Positions 47,629 through 58,611 of a stretch of DNA of 64,000 nt are shown here, piece by piece. Each line of letters starts with the position of its first letter. Position 1 is the first letter of the stretch. Under the pieces are notes generated by a model. That model searched no databases. It worked only from the letters and a program-made list of their open reading frames with translations, and had not been told where the DNA came from. The DNA comes from Cenarchaeum sp. (GTDB lineage Archaea > Thermoproteota > Nitrososphaeria > Nitrososphaerales > Nitrosopumilaceae): contig OZ243037.1 in NCBI GenBank assembly GCA_965212015.1, positions 992,001 to 1,056,000 on the forward strand. Direction: 5' to 3'. The position numbers and the translations under genes were made by a program.

Positions 47629-48238
47629 TCCTCATCCCGTCCATGTTGCCGTAAAACTCGTCGACAAACGACGAGAACTGGAATATCGGGACTATCGGAA
47701 CCCCGTCTATAAAGCCGACTGCGTCCCGGTACAGCGTCACTATAACCGGCGCTGCGACTGCACCGGGAGTAGAGTCCACATAGTGCCTGGTCCTTTGGAT
47801 CTGCTTTTGGACCATCGTCCTTAGCGCAGAGTCGCTGTTTTTCCTCCAGTGCTTGCAGTCAATGAGCATGGCTACTCCGTGCTTTATTCCCACCACGTCG
47901 ATCTCCATGCGCGGTTTTTTAAGCACCAGGTTTCTCATCGTGGCAAAGCCCTTTTCCCCCAGTATCTGGGCGGCGAGCCCCTCAAAATCCCGCCAGCCCA
48001 GCTTTTCGGCTACGGCATCAATTGCCGCCCCGCGCTCCAGGGCGAGTATGGCCGCCCTCAGGCGGTCGGCCTCGGAAAAATCAAACACGCGGCCGTCCGT
48101 GCTGCCAATGCCGTGTCTTACCAGATCACACAGGACTGCTTTTGCGGCGGCCCGATCGATTCCCGCAGCAGCCGCAAAATCCGCCACCGATACTCCCCCC
48201 GGGATTATCCCCGGAATATAGCAGTGTATGTCACGCAT
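47612..48238 (-). CDS. Mrr-like PD-(D/E)XK nuclease-domain protein, thaumarchaeal core type
   Basis: LGWRDFEGLAAQIL...EIDVVG...IDCKHW. Confidence 0.75.
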   Translation of the reverse strand: MRDIHCYIPGIIPGGVSVADFAAAAGIDRAAAKAVLCDLVRHGIGSTDGRVFDFSEADRLRAAILALERGAAIDAVAEKLGWRDFEGLAAQILGEKGFATMRNLVLKKPRMEIDVVGIKHGVAMLIDCKHWRKNSDSALRTMVQKQIQRTRHYVDSTPGAVAAPVIVTLYRDAVGFIDGVPIVPIFQFSSFVDEFYGNMDGMRTIKKD

Positions 48239-48352
48239 TGCAGATTCCAAGCAATGTGATTCAGATAAATGTTTTATAAAAAAATCCGCGCAGGCATTCG
48301 CATAGACCATTACATGAAAGACCTTTAACTAGAATTGCCCCGAGTCTGGCTG

Positions 48353-50806
48353 ATGAGGCTATTGCTGGCGTGCATGGTGCTGCTTGTCGCCCCGGCGGTA
48401 CCGGCCCTTGCAGAAAAGGGGACGTACGTGGACAGCGTACAGTTCATCCAGTACCTGGATGAAAACACCGCACTGGAGCAGGTCAGGAACGGAAACCTTG
48501 ACATGTACTATTACAGGATTTCATCAGACCGGCTGGAGAGCCCCAAGGACAGGGAGGGCATACAGGTCTTTGACTCGACGGGCGGCTCGTACAGCCTGCT
48601 TGTGAATCCGGCGGCATCAAAAGAGTTCAACCCGTTTTCAATAAAGGAGGTCAGGTACGCCCTGAACTATCTGGTGGACAGAAAGTTAATAGTAAATGAG
48701 CTCATGGGCGGCTTTGGGACCGTAATGATCTCCAATTACGGCCCGTATGACCCCGACTATCTTGCGATTCTAGAGCAGACAGAGTCGTTTAACTTCAAGT
48801 ACAACCCGTCGCTGGCAGGGGAGATCATAGGCGGGTCGCTTCGCGACGCAGGCGCAGGCCAGTCAGACGGCCAGTGGAGAATGGACGGCGCGCCCATAGA
48901 GATATCCGTGTTTATTCGCAGCGACGATCCAATAAGAAAGTCAATCGGCGAGCTCTTGGCCTCTGAGCTAGAGTCGCTGGGGTTTGCCGTGAAAAGGGAC
49001 TATGGCGATCTGAACAAGGCATTCGTTATAGTGTATGGCTCTGATCCGTCTGAGCTAAAGTGGTCCGTATACACCGAGGGGTGGGCCGGACGGTCGGCGT
49101 TTGTAAGGTATGACTCGCTGGGGCTCAGCCAGATGTACTCGCCGTGGTTCTCCAACATGCCGGGATTCAACGATCCCTCGTACTGGAACTATGAGAACGA
49201 CCGGCTGGATTCGCTGACCCAGAAAATCTATACCGGAAATTTCAGCACGCCGCAGGAGAGGGCAGGACTAATCCAGGACGCCACTATAGAGGGAATCGGC
49301 GAGTCGGTGCGGATTTTTCTGGCAGGCACGATCAACCGGTACGTGGCAAACGACGGTGTTGACGGCGTGATAAACGACTTTGGCGCAGGCGTGCCAGGCA
49401 GGTTTACGCCCATCAATTCAAGGTCGGATTCTGACTCGCTTGCGATCGGCGTAAAGCACATCTATCAGGGGGCGTGGAATCCCGTGGTGGGCATGAGTGA
49501 CGTGTACAGCAGGTACATCTGGGACGCGCTCTTTGATCCCGGCGTCTTCAAGCACCCGTATACGGGCAAGAGCTTTCCTGTCCGCACCGACTGGCATACA
49601 GAGACTGCCGGACCGGACGGAAAGATAATGGTGCCCAGCGATGCGATAATCTGGAATGTCCAGGAACAGCGGTGGCTAAAAGTACCTGCGGGAACGCAGG
49701 CGACAAGCAAGGTTACCTTTGATCTCCTGCTGGGCGACTGGCACCACGGGCGGCCAATGGAGATGAGCGACGTGCTGTATTCGCTGTACTTTACGCTAGA
49801 GTGGGGCTCTGAGCAGCAAAAAGGCGACAGGACGTTTGATGCAGAATACACCCCCAGGGCAGCACAGCTGGTAAACACGCTGGTGGGCATAAGGCCGATA
49901 GATGCGGACACCATCGAGGTTTACACGGACTATTGGCACTTTGACGAGTCAGAGATTGCACACTGGGCGTCAGTCTGGAGCTCCACGCCGTGGGAGATTC
50001 AGGCGGCAATGGAGCAGGCCGTAATCGACGGCAAGGCGGCATTTTCGCGCTCTTCGGCAACAAGCAAGGGGATAAACTGGCTTTCTCTTATTGTCCCGCG
50101 CGATGCGGCGATAATCAGGGAGGGCATTGCGCAGCTACGGGACTCGGGGAGCGTTCCAAGGCCGCTGGAGGGATTCGTCGCAGGCGACGGCCACATACAA
50201 AGATACCAGGCATCACTGGAATGGATAGACGCGAATAATCACGCAGTGATCAGCAACGGGCCGTTTTATCTGGACAGGTATTCCCCAGAGTCAAGGACGA
50301 TTCAGATCAACGCGTTTGCAGACGACTCGTACCCGTTTGGCGCCGGATACTGGGGCGAATTCGAGCATGTCAGATTCCCAAGGATCACCGGCGTGTCCGT
50401 GCCGGATCTAGTCCGGATAGGCCAGACAGTATCCATACCGGTATCCACAGAATATGCCTCGAGGCTGCATTATTTTTTCACAAACACGACGGGCTCGCAC
50501 GTCTCATCGGGTATAATAGAGATAGAGTCAGACTCGGCCCTGCTGGTGCTGACCGGAGCCCAAAGCAGGCTTTTGGGCGGCGGCGCAAATGATCTAAAGC
50601 TGTTTGCAGTGTCCGATGACGTCCTGAGGCCGGACGGCTATGCCACCAGCTTTTTTGCGACAGACGCCATCACAGAGCTTCCCGCAGTCCGGACGGATCC
50701 GCAAAAAGAGCAGCCAGAGACACAGTACGCCCCGGCAATAGTGGCGGTTCTGGCGGCTGTTGCGATAGTTTTTGCACTCCTCAGGTTCCGCAGATCTAGC
50801 ACTTGA
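48353..50806 (+). CDS. ABC transporter substrate-binding protein, family 5 (peptide/nickel), with C-terminal TM anchor
   Basis: Signal peptide, NPFSIKEVRYALNYLVDR, WHHGRPM...DV.YS, ISNGPFYL; hydrophobic C-terminus plus RFRR. Confidence 0.88.
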   Translation: MRLLLACMVLLVAPAVPALAEKGTYVDSVQFIQYLDENTALEQVRNGNLDMYYYRISSDRLESPKDREGIQVFDSTGGSYSLLVNPAASKEFNPFSIKEVRYALNYLVDRKLIVNELMGGFGTVMISNYGPYDPDYLAILEQTESFNFKYNPSLAGEIIGGSLRDAGAGQSDGQWRMDGAPIEISVFIRSDDPIRKSIGELLASELESLGFAVKRDYGDLNKAFVIVYGSDPSELKWSVYTEGWAGRSAFVRYDSLGLSQMYSPWFSNMPGFNDPSYWNYENDRLDSLTQKIYTGNFSTPQERAGLIQDATIEGIGESVRIFLAGTINRYVANDGVDGVINDFGAGVPGRFTPINSRSDSDSLAIGVKHIYQGAWNPVVGMSDVYSRYIWDALFDPGVFKHPYTGKSFPVRTDWHTETAGPDGKIMVPSDAIIWNVQEQRWLKVPAGTQATSKVTFDLLLGDWHHGRPMEMSDVLYSLYFTLEWGSEQQKGDRTFDAEYTPRAAQLVNTLVGIRPIDADTIEVYTDYWHFDESEIAHWASVWSSTPWEIQAAMEQAVIDGKAAFSRSSATSKGINWLSLIVPRDAAIIREGIAQLRDSGSVPRPLEGFVAGDGHIQRYQASLEWIDANNHAVISNGPFYLDRYSPESRTIQINAFADDSYPFGAGYWGEFEHVRFPRITGVSVPDLVRIGQTVSIPVSTEYASRLHYFFTNTTGSHVSSGIIEIESDSALLVLTGAQSRLLGGGANDLKLFAVSDDVLRPDGYATSFFATDAITELPAVRTDPQKEQPETQYAPAIVAVLAAVAIVFALLRFRRSST

Positions 50807-51410
50807 GGCCTATTACAAACAGCGTTCCAAAATCCCGCCTCCATTTTTTACTGCTTGCGGGATCCCTTATCTGCACGGACCTGGTTTGAAACCCCGCACC
50901 GGCAAGCGCCATTTTCCACTCTGCCCGCGACAGCAGATGCATCCGCAGGCCCGTCATCTCTGGCCAGTCCGACGTGGCCTTGTTGTCCCTGTAAAAATCC
51001 GTGCCGCAAAAAAACTCGCCGCCGTCATTTAGCATCCGGAACACCTTTGCGACTGATTTTTGCACGGAATCCGAATAGTATATCGACTCCATGGCAAAGG
51101 CATAGTCGAATGTCCCGCCGTACCCCCACGACTCGATGCCAGTCTCCACGTACAGCTCCTTTTTGGAGCGGGACTTTGATCTTGCGATTTTGATCATGTT
51201 TTTGCTCTTGTCTATTCCCACCGCCCTGGTGCACTTTTCCAGCCCAGAGACTGCCCTTACCACCCAGCCGTTGCCGCACCCTATATCCAGAAAGGAGAAC
51301 GGCCGCTCAAAGGGGACAGACCGCAGCAGCTTCATGACGCTTTTGCCGTGTTCTGCCTCCATGCGCTCTGAGCGCCCGTCTAGCGCCCACTCATCGAAGG
51401 TCCTGCCCAC
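50796..51410 (-). CDS. class I SAM-dependent methyltransferase
   Basis: FLDIGCGNGW, GIDKSKNMI, FAMESIYY; start uncertain (GTG at 51410). Confidence 0.85.
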   Translation of the reverse strand: MGRTFDEWALDGRSERMEAEHGKSVMKLLRSVPFERPFSFLDIGCGNGWVVRAVSGLEKCTRAVGIDKSKNMIKIARSKSRSKKELYVETGIESWGYGGTFDYAFAMESIYYSDSVQKSVAKVFRMLNDGGEFFCGTDFYRDNKATSDWPEMTGLRMHLLSRAEWKMALAGAGFQTRSVQIRDPASSKKWRRDFGTLFVIGLKC

Positions 51411-51520
51411 CTTGTCCGTCGCACGGTGTTTTTGTTTGTCATGATTCAAAGTATCGATTCTGTCCAGATAGAAGCAATGATGCCCAAGTTTTAAGTATGT
51501 CCGGTTGCGGTTGAATCGTA

Positions 51521-54487
51521 TTGAACCTGACTGCCGCGATGGTTGCATTGGCGTTTTTGATGCTGGTTCCCGCCTATGCTGCGGCCCAAAGCACCGACAA
51601 GATAGTAATACAGGACAATTTCGGCGAATTTGACCGCGGAGACCTGGTCTTTCTCTTTGGCAGCATAACGCAGGTCGAGGCCGAGTCCTTTCTGATACTG
51701 CAGATAATCAACCCCGACGGCGACATTTGCAACATACAGCAGCTGACCCCGCTCTCAAACGGGATATTCCTCACAGAGCAGATTCCGCTGCAGGGAAGCA
51801 TCTGCGGGCTGGAGGGCAGGTACGACGTCAGGGTGTTTTACGGCGACAGCTCGGCTAGCGCGGAATTTACCACCACTTCAGAGATTTACCAGAAACCCTC
51901 CCCCGGGAATTATCTTGACATTGCAGCGGACCTTACAAGCCAAAAGATTGCCTCGCTTGAGAAAAACGTCGGCACGACGCTGACGGAATACACGTACAGG
52001 CTGGGCAATGCCACTGCCGGCGGCTCCCTTGAGAAAGTCGAGGGCGTTTACACCGACTTGTGGCTCGACTTTGTGGCAGACGACGAGATACACGAGATTG
52101 ATCCCGGTATTAGGCCCGCGGTGATTTCCGCACTGGACACTACGACGGGCCTGCTTGAGGAGGACAAGTTTTCATTTGATATTGCAAACGACATAGACCG
52201 GGACATATTTTCGGCAGTCTTTTACTATGAGATCGGCGACAAAAAGGCCGCAATCGACAAGCTAAACGACGTGTTTGTATCCATAAAGAACGTGGATCCG
52301 ATCAAGGTCAAAAGAAAGGCGCTGTCGTTTGCAGAGCTGGAGCAGACAGTCCAGAACCTGATGACCAAGACGGGCTTTATCCTGAGCAAGGACGTAAAGG
52401 AAGAGCTGGCCTTTATCTTTTCGCGGGGGACAGCCCCCATATACGCAACTGAGCTCAACGACCTGCTGGACTTGCTGACTGAGGCAAGATACCTTGATGT
52501 TATATCCCGCAAGGACAGCCCGCTTTACCGGCTGGTTCAAAACGAGTGGGAGTCGCGCAGGGCCTCACTGGCAGACAAGGGCAGCATCGAGGATCTCTTG
52601 GAGCCAAAAGAAAAGGTCACAAAGCTGCACAGCGCCGCCCTGCTGCTGCGCGACCTGGACAACGTGGACAGGTTCATCAGCAGGGATTCAAAAAGCAACT
52701 CGGATCTGGCAAACGTGATAATGCCGGACTGGAGGGATCTAGAGTCGGACCTGAGGCTTGCAACGTCAGTCGACGACATACTCGATGCGGCAACTGAGAT
52801 CAGGAACATGAGGGACATTGTGGATATTTCCTCGCGAATCACAAAGGTGGTGGAGATTTCAGAGTCGACTAGTATAGACAGCGGAATCGTCGACGGGTGG
52901 GAGAACCTGCTAGAGGAGATAAAGATGGCCCGCTCCGTCCCAGAGATGCTGCTGATAGTCTCAGAGTTCGACCGATCCATCAACGAGTTCAGAGAAAAGC
53001 GCAGCCCGCTGACGATATTAAAGTTCGAGTACGAAAAGCTAAAGGCAAAGGCAAACTTGCAGGCAGACTATGACAACATACTGAAAATCAACGACGCGCT
53101 GAGGATAATTGAGACTGCCCAGCAGATAGAGGCGGGCAATCCCACCGTGAGCAGAATCGACAGGATAGAGGTGCTGCTAGTCGGGGTAAGCGAGGCGGTC
53201 CCCGCGATAAGGGCGGATCTAGAGTCGTATACGAAGGATGCGTACAATGTTCGCGCAGGCGACATACTAAAGAGGATAAAATCAATCGAGAACCTGGTAG
53301 AGTCCAGCCTGATCAGCAAGAGGTTCCTGCCAGGATTTACCGACTTTGCAGAGTCGATGAACGTGAGGCTTGACGAGATTCGCGAGCTTGTCATAAACGA
53401 CGAGCTGGCCAGGGCAGACGACCTGGTAGGCGAGATGTTCTCAGAATGGCAGCTAGTCACCTCGGCGTACGCCAAGGATCCGTACGGCTCCAAAAAGGGC
53501 TACAACCTTGACGAGCTAAAAAAGATAGAGTTCCGCGAGAGAATAGAGGTCATGAACGTTGCAGTAAAGAACTTTTACAATGTAAACTTTGAGCCGCACG
53601 CCGACGAGTATTCGGATCTTACAAGCGACGCATACGACCTGATAGATCGCGGCAATTTCATCGACGCCGAGTCAAAGATACTGGAGATCGGGGACTTTTT
53701 GGGGGAAAACCTGGCCCTCAAGCACGACAGGATAATATTCGACATATCATATGACCAGGAGGACGCAAACTGGGTGCTCTCCGGATACCTCAACAAGATG
53801 ATCGACTGGAGGCAGAACATCTATCTGACGATATACGACAAGGACGCCAACATACAAAACGAGCTAAAGTTCACAGACACGAGGCAGGGCGAGTTCCTGA
53901 CCAGGTGGCACTCCCCCACGGAGCCCGGGATGTACATAGTGTCACTAGAGTGGGAGAACACAGAGGCCTCGCAGATAGTCTATGTGCCAAAGGTGGTGGA
54001 TTACGACTATACCGACAAGGATCTTAGTATAGTGGAGCTTGCCCGGGAGTTTGAGGAGCTAGAGTCGTTCATCGAGTCCTTTGGCGGCGACAATTACAAA
54101 AACGACAGGTTCGGCGATCTGATGCTTGACATTGAAAAGGCGCTGGAGGACAAGGACGCGCAAAAGGCAAAGAGGGGCATAACGACGCTGACGACTGCAA
54201 TCGAGAGGTACCTGCCAGAAAGGTCAAAGAACGCAGTAATCGAGGTGAGCTATGACAACGGCAAGCTCGTGCTTGCCGGCGCCGTAAAAAAGACGCTGGT
54301 CTTCAGCGAGGACCTCTTTGTGGACGTGTTTGACCAGAAAAAGAAACAGATCGACGAGATATTCCTCAAGGACTCCTCATCAGGACAGTTCAGCGAGACT
54401 GTGTTTTTGCCGCTAAAACCAGGCACGTACGTGGCGCAGCTGGACTATCACGGCACACTGGTCACCGACTTTTTCACCGTGGACTAG
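51521..54487 (+). CDS. large secreted hypothetical protein (988 aa), helical core with beta-sandwich ends
   Basis: Signal peptide; long ORF with host codon usage. Confidence 0.8.
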   Translation: MNLTAAMVALAFLMLVPAYAAAQSTDKIVIQDNFGEFDRGDLVFLFGSITQVEAESFLILQIINPDGDICNIQQLTPLSNGIFLTEQIPLQGSICGLEGRYDVRVFYGDSSASAEFTTTSEIYQKPSPGNYLDIAADLTSQKIASLEKNVGTTLTEYTYRLGNATAGGSLEKVEGVYTDLWLDFVADDEIHEIDPGIRPAVISALDTTTGLLEEDKFSFDIANDIDRDIFSAVFYYEIGDKKAAIDKLNDVFVSIKNVDPIKVKRKALSFAELEQTVQNLMTKTGFILSKDVKEELAFIFSRGTAPIYATELNDLLDLLTEARYLDVISRKDSPLYRLVQNEWESRRASLADKGSIEDLLEPKEKVTKLHSAALLLRDLDNVDRFISRDSKSNSDLANVIMPDWRDLESDLRLATSVDDILDAATEIRNMRDIVDISSRITKVVEISESTSIDSGIVDGWENLLEEIKMARSVPEMLLIVSEFDRSINEFREKRSPLTILKFEYEKLKAKANLQADYDNILKINDALRIIETAQQIEAGNPTVSRIDRIEVLLVGVSEAVPAIRADLESYTKDAYNVRAGDILKRIKSIENLVESSLISKRFLPGFTDFAESMNVRLDEIRELVINDELARADDLVGEMFSEWQLVTSAYAKDPYGSKKGYNLDELKKIEFRERIEVMNVAVKNFYNVNFEPHADEYSDLTSDAYDLIDRGNFIDAESKILEIGDFLGENLALKHDRIIFDISYDQEDANWVLSGYLNKMIDWRQNIYLTIYDKDANIQNELKFTDTRQGEFLTRWHSPTEPGMYIVSLEWENTEASQIVYVPKVVDYDYTDKDLSIVELAREFEELESFIESFGGDNYKNDRFGDLMLDIEKALEDKDAQKAKRGITTLTTAIERYLPERSKNAVIEVSYDNGKLVLAGAVKKTLVFSEDLFVDVFDQKKKQIDEIFLKDSSSGQFSETVFLPLKPGTYVAQLDYHGTLVTDFFTVD

Positions 54488-55703
54488 CGCGCACTGCGTC
54501 TTTTACCATTCCGAATAGCTGCCGCACTGCCAGGTGTGGATGGCGCGATGCCAGCCTTGCGGCGTATTGGAGCCCAAAGTCGGCCTTTATAAAATCGACA
54601 AACTCTTTTGCGTCAAGCTCCCTGATGGCGTCAAGCTCGGCGTCCCACTGTTTGTCAGTCAGGCCAATCCACCTGTCCTGTATTCTGCCTGCGGAGCGTA
54701 TCTTTGATTGAATTTCCGCGCGCCACTGCCTCTCATATCGCCAAAGGGCCTTTTTTGACGTATCACCATTCCTGACTGCCCGGCTTGCTATGCCGCCGGC
54801 AAGCCGGCCGAACTTTATGGCGTACCGGATTCCCTCAAGTACTAGCGGGTTTGCCTGTCCCGCAGAGTCTCCCACCAGTATGAGGTTGTCGTGTACGGTC
54901 CTGCGGGAAAGGCCGTCGTTTGGAATCAGGCCGTAATGGGACTCTATGAGCTCAAGGCCTCCGAGACTTCCTATGGGTCCCAGCTTTTTTGCAATTATCT
55001 CATCGAGTCTTTTGGCAGGATCCACGCCGGATTCCGGCCTGCCGATTCCCACGCCTATGCGGACCCTGTCGCCGCCCAGCGGAAATATCCAGGCATATCC
55101 GGCGGGCGAATACTGCTGGCCTACCATCAGCCACCACGTGTGCGCATCGGCGCCCTGCGCGCGCATCTCGTATTCGGCGCCCACCCCGAACCTCTTCCAC
55201 CGTTCTACTAGCCCCATGGATTTAGAGACAACAGAGGCAAACCCGCTTGCGTCAATGACGGTCTTTGCAAAAAATTCCCGGCGCGAGTCGCCATCGCCTG
55301 CAGCTATTCCGGCTATCCTGCCAGCATCGTCCTTTAGCACGCCGGTGGCAACAGTCCCCGTAAAGATTTCCGCGCCCTGCTCCCTTGCCTGTTCTGCCAG
55401 CCACCTGTATGTTTTTCTGACGTCCAGTACTGCTGCCATCGGGGTTTTGGAGCTGATTGTGACTGTATTGTTTGGCGAGCAAAAGGAATAGTTTCTCACC
55501 GGATTGTAAAGACTGTCCGGAATACCGAGGGATTCTGCGTCGGATATCCAGGTGACCCCGCTGGTCCTGACGCTTTGCGCGATTGACTCCTCCTTTTCTA
55601 GCAGGGCCACGCTAGAGCCGTCCCTTGCGCAGGCGTATGCAGCAGAGGATCCAGCGGGGCCTCCCCCCACCACTATGACGTCAAAATCGTATCGTTTTGG
55701 CAA
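54474..55703 (-). CDS. geranylgeranyl reductase-family FAD oxidoreductase
   Basis: VVGGGPAGS, IDASG, PAGYAWIFP, LVGDSAGQANPLVLEGI. Confidence 0.9.
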   Translation of the reverse strand: MPKRYDFDVIVVGGGPAGSSAAYACARDGSSVALLEKEESIAQSVRTSGVTWISDAESLGIPDSLYNPVRNYSFCSPNNTVTISSKTPMAAVLDVRKTYRWLAEQAREQGAEIFTGTVATGVLKDDAGRIAGIAAGDGDSRREFFAKTVIDASGFASVVSKSMGLVERWKRFGVGAEYEMRAQGADAHTWWLMVGQQYSPAGYAWIFPLGGDRVRIGVGIGRPESGVDPAKRLDEIIAKKLGPIGSLGGLELIESHYGLIPNDGLSRRTVHDNLILVGDSAGQANPLVLEGIRYAIKFGRLAGGIASRAVRNGDTSKKALWRYERQWRAEIQSKIRSAGRIQDRWIGLTDKQWDAELDAIRELDAKEFVDFIKADFGLQYAARLASRHPHLAVRQLFGMVKDAVRASPR

Positions 55704-55731
55704 CAGATCACCAGTAGAATGACGGCTAGAT

Positions 55732-55947
55732 TTACTTTTTGAGTACCGGCCTGCCCTCGGTATCTGCCTGTCTTTCCGGATCAAAGGTCTGATCGTGGCC
55801 GTGTTCTTTGTGCATATAGCTGTGCGTCTCGCCCTCCCTCTTGCGGCAGAATTTCTTGTGAATCTTGTTTTCAATGTCCAGCGTGGTCTGGTTTTCGTGG
55901 TAAAGCCTCTTTCCACAGTCCTCGCAGATTATCTCCGGCATGCTCAA
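55732..55947 (-). CDS. small Zn-finger-like protein
   Basis: CEDCG...HKKFC motif; TATA-like sequence upstream. Confidence 0.65.
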   Translation of the reverse strand: MSMPEIICEDCGKRLYHENQTTLDIENKIHKKFCRKREGETHSYMHKEHGHDQTFDPERQADTEGRPVLKK

Positions 55948-56185
55948 GAGTCAGGTGCGAATGTATTTAGATGTTTTTTTACCCCCTGCGGCCATCCCGG
56001 TACGTCAAGCAGGACAATTATGTGCAAAATTAGACTCTAAATGGCTTAAAAGAGGATTGCGGGATGATCGCAATAATACATATACGGCCCACTATGATCC
56101 GATCAAATATTGATCACAGGCTAAAATTACCCCTATTTGGAGCACAGGATGGAATTGTTGTTGACCCAAGGTATGCTGTAAACCG

Positions 56186-56590
56186 ATGAGGCAATTTATG
56201 TACAAGGTGAATCATATTGATCTAGTGTCACTTCAAATTGAAACCGAATCGTCACAAAATCAGGCGATGAATCTTGCAAGCAATCATCTCAAAATAGTCC
56301 TGAATGAAACGGAATATGAATTTCCACATATGGGCGCAGCGTTTTCCGATTACGACAAGAGTGCCACGGCACGTATTCCACTGGAAACAGACATTTTTGA
56401 CTATTACCACAAAATAGACCCAAACAGGCCGATAACACGATTAGACGTACAACAGATAATCAGGAACAAATTCACCGATATAGTAAACACACGCAATCCA
56501 GGCATCCCGTCAATTAATTTCGAACATGCAGTCCGAATGCCTGTGAATATGGTCAGGACATTCGCATATGAGACCGGAGTCTGTCTTTGA
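56186..56590 (+). pseudogene. low-GC hypothetical gene fragment fused to antisense transposase sequence
   Basis: Protein-like up to ...PSINFEH; the tail overlaps the minus-strand SWIM fragment. Confidence 0.4.
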
Positions 56591-56710
56591 AATAGTATAG
56601 AATTTGTTCTGATCGGACTGTGAAACTACCTTGAATTTGCCGATGGCGATCTGAGACACGTTGTCTGGTTCCTTGAGAATCTGCCTTGCCTGTTTGATTC
56701 TTTTGTTCAT
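56510..56710 (-). pseudogene. N-terminal SWIM zinc-finger fragment of a thaumarchaeal IS6/DDE-type transposase
   Basis: MNKRIKQARQIL...FKVVSQS...YTIS...ICECPDHIHRHSDC breaks off before the expected KH. Confidence 0.65.
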
Positions 56711-56715
56711 ATGTG

Positions 56716-56784
56716 ATATTATCACTAGGGATATAATAATATTATTATCACTAGGGATATAATAATATTACTATCACTAGGGAT
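56716..56784. repeat. tandem repeat, period 26 bp, about 2.6 copies, with palindromic core ATCACTAGGGAT
   Basis: TATCACTAGGGAT at 56720, 56746 and 56772 with near-identical ATAATAATATTA(T/C) linkers. Confidence 0.92.
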
Positions 56785-56823
56785 CGTATTAATCTTTATA
56801 AGGGGGTAAATTGTAAATACAGT

Positions 56824-57003
56824 ATGCCAAAATGGAAGAAAGATCAAAAAATATTCAGAATTCATTTACATTATGATGATCGACGTGGCTGTATGACCAC
56901 ATTGCCAAAACCTATTTTAGATTTTTTTAAAACCCCCGATAATCTTGTAATAAAAATTACAAAATCTGGAAAAGTGAACATAATAAACGAGGATGTGGTA
57001 TAA
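56824..57003 (+). CDS. AbrB/MazE-like small DNA-binding protein (59 aa, below ORF-track cutoff)
   Basis: MPKWKKDQKIFRIHLHYDDRRGCMTTLPKPILDFFKTPDNLVIKITKSGKVNIINEDVV*; TATA CTTTATAAG upstream; TAATG coupling to the MTase. Confidence 0.7.
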   Translation: MPKWKKDQKIFRIHLHYDDRRGCMTTLPKPILDFFKTPDNLVIKITKSGKVNIINEDVV

Positions 57004-57965
57004 TGTCAAAACAGATTATGAAAACACCTTGGTTAGATACTATTGAAGAAAAGCGTGAAAATGGAGTGTATTATACAATTAACAATCCATTCAAATTATT
57101 GCCGTTTAAGAAATGGGCAAAAGAATCAAAGATTACAAAATCTAAGATCTTAGAACCATTTGCAGGAGCCAATAATATTATTACTATGTTAAAACAAGAA
57201 AAATTATGTGGTAAATTTTGCTCATATGATATAGATCCAAAAAATAAAATTGTAAAAAGAAAAAATACTATAGTTGATTTTCCCACCGGATACAAAACTT
57301 GCATTACTAATCCTCCATGGCTGACCAATTATTTTGCAAAGCGAAATAAAGTATTTTTCCCAGATACAAAACATGATAATTTATATAAAATATGTCTAGA
57401 ATTAGCATTAACAAAATGTGATAATGTGGCTTTTATAATTCCGGGTACATTTTTAAGAACTAAATTATTCAGAGAAAGACTAACATCAATTATTTTCATA
57501 AATAAAAAACTTTTTGTAGATACTGATCATCCTGTATGTATTGGACTTTTTAATAAAAATAAAGTAAATGATACTGATGTTTATTACGATAATGTTAATA
57601 TTGGAAAATTGAACAAGTTGGAAAAATATATGCCAAAACAGAATAATCATAAAATAAAAATTAAATTCAATGATCCAAATGGAAAAATTGGTCTATATGC
57701 AATAGATAATACAAAAGAGGAAACTATTAGATTTTGTAGAGGAGACGAAATTAAACGACGAGTCATATACAGTGATCGGTTAATAACTCGTATAAGTGTA
57801 GATCGCAAAATTGATATAGACATACTAAATCAACGTTTAAACATGATTAGGAAAAAAACCCATGATGTATTTTTTGCACCATTCAAAGGATTAAGAAAAG
57901 ATGGACAATATCGAAGGCGTATCGACTATGAATTTGTGAGGAATTTGATCAATGACATCTCCTGA
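57003..57965 (+). CDS. gamma-class amino-DNA methyltransferase (probably m6A), very low GC
   Basis: GVYYT (motif X), ILEPFAG (motif I), ITNPPW (motif IV), AFIIP. Confidence 0.85.
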   Translation: MSKQIMKTPWLDTIEEKRENGVYYTINNPFKLLPFKKWAKESKITKSKILEPFAGANNIITMLKQEKLCGKFCSYDIDPKNKIVKRKNTIVDFPTGYKTCITNPPWLTNYFAKRNKVFFPDTKHDNLYKICLELALTKCDNVAFIIPGTFLRTKLFRERLTSIIFINKKLFVDTDHPVCIGLFNKNKVNDTDVYYDNVNIGKLNKLEKYMPKQNNHKIKIKFNDPNGKIGLYAIDNTKEETIRFCRGDEIKRRVIYSDRLITRISVDRKIDIDILNQRLNMIRKKTHDVFFAPFKGLRKDGQYRRRIDYEFVRNLINDIS

Positions 57966-58611
57966 TTATGAACATGGCAGATTTACTCTAAAAAGACAAT
58001 TTGTTAAAGATGGCATAAATGTATCCGAAGACAAAATAAAATCATATTGTAATGAAGGTGGATATGATGAACAGGTGGTTAGAACTAAAATTAATGACGA
58101 TATAATGTTCCGATGGTTTTTTGTTAAAGATCCTATACGACAAAATTTTTATGAATTATTATTTTTGGATTTTGTTAAAGAAATAAATGGAATATCTAAT
58201 GCGGAAAAACCGTCTCCAGTGCTTCAACTTTATGAAGGTGAAATATTATCAACTGAGGAAATAAAAAAGAGAAATATTTATCCACCTTGTAAAAGCATTG
58301 ATTTTTCATGGAAATATAAAAATAATGATTTTTATGTATATCATAAATATGCTAAAGATTCTGGCGGTCATCAAGATAATCAATACCAAGATTTACAATG
58401 TTTTATAGAGGAAGCGAATAAAGTGAAAATACAAAATACGTTTTTCCTTGCTGTTGCAGATGGAGAATTTTGGAATACAATGAATGGAAAAGCTAGAATG
58501 ACTAAAATTGAAAGATTAAGAACTCTTGTAAATAATACAACTGTTTTTGCATTACAAAGTTCTGATCTAATTACGTTATTAGGAAACATAACGAACAATG
58601 AAACGACTTAA
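57952..58611 (+). CDS. putative type II restriction endonuclease (PD-(D/E)XK-like)
   Basis: Overlaps the MTase stop; KSIDF...YHKY...SGGHQDNQ...AVADG pattern. Confidence 0.65.
   Translation: MTSPDYEHGRFTLKRQFVKDGINVSEDKIKSYCNEGGYDEQVVRTKINDDIMFRWFFVKDPIRQNFYELLFLDFVKEINGISNAEKPSPVLQLYEGEILSTEEIKKRNIYPPCKSIDFSWKYKNNDFYVYHKYAKDSGGHQDNQYQDLQCFIEEANKVKIQNTFFLAVADGEFWNTMNGKARMTKIERLRTLVNNTTVFALQSSDLITLLGNITNNETT

Noticed and set aside
47612-48238. Mrr-like gene as a mobile defence system
   Set aside because: Host-like GC, embedded among core genes, no partner genes
56716-56784. Possible mini CRISPR array
   Set aside because: The linkers are near-identical and only 13 bp, there are no unique spacers, and no cas genes are present
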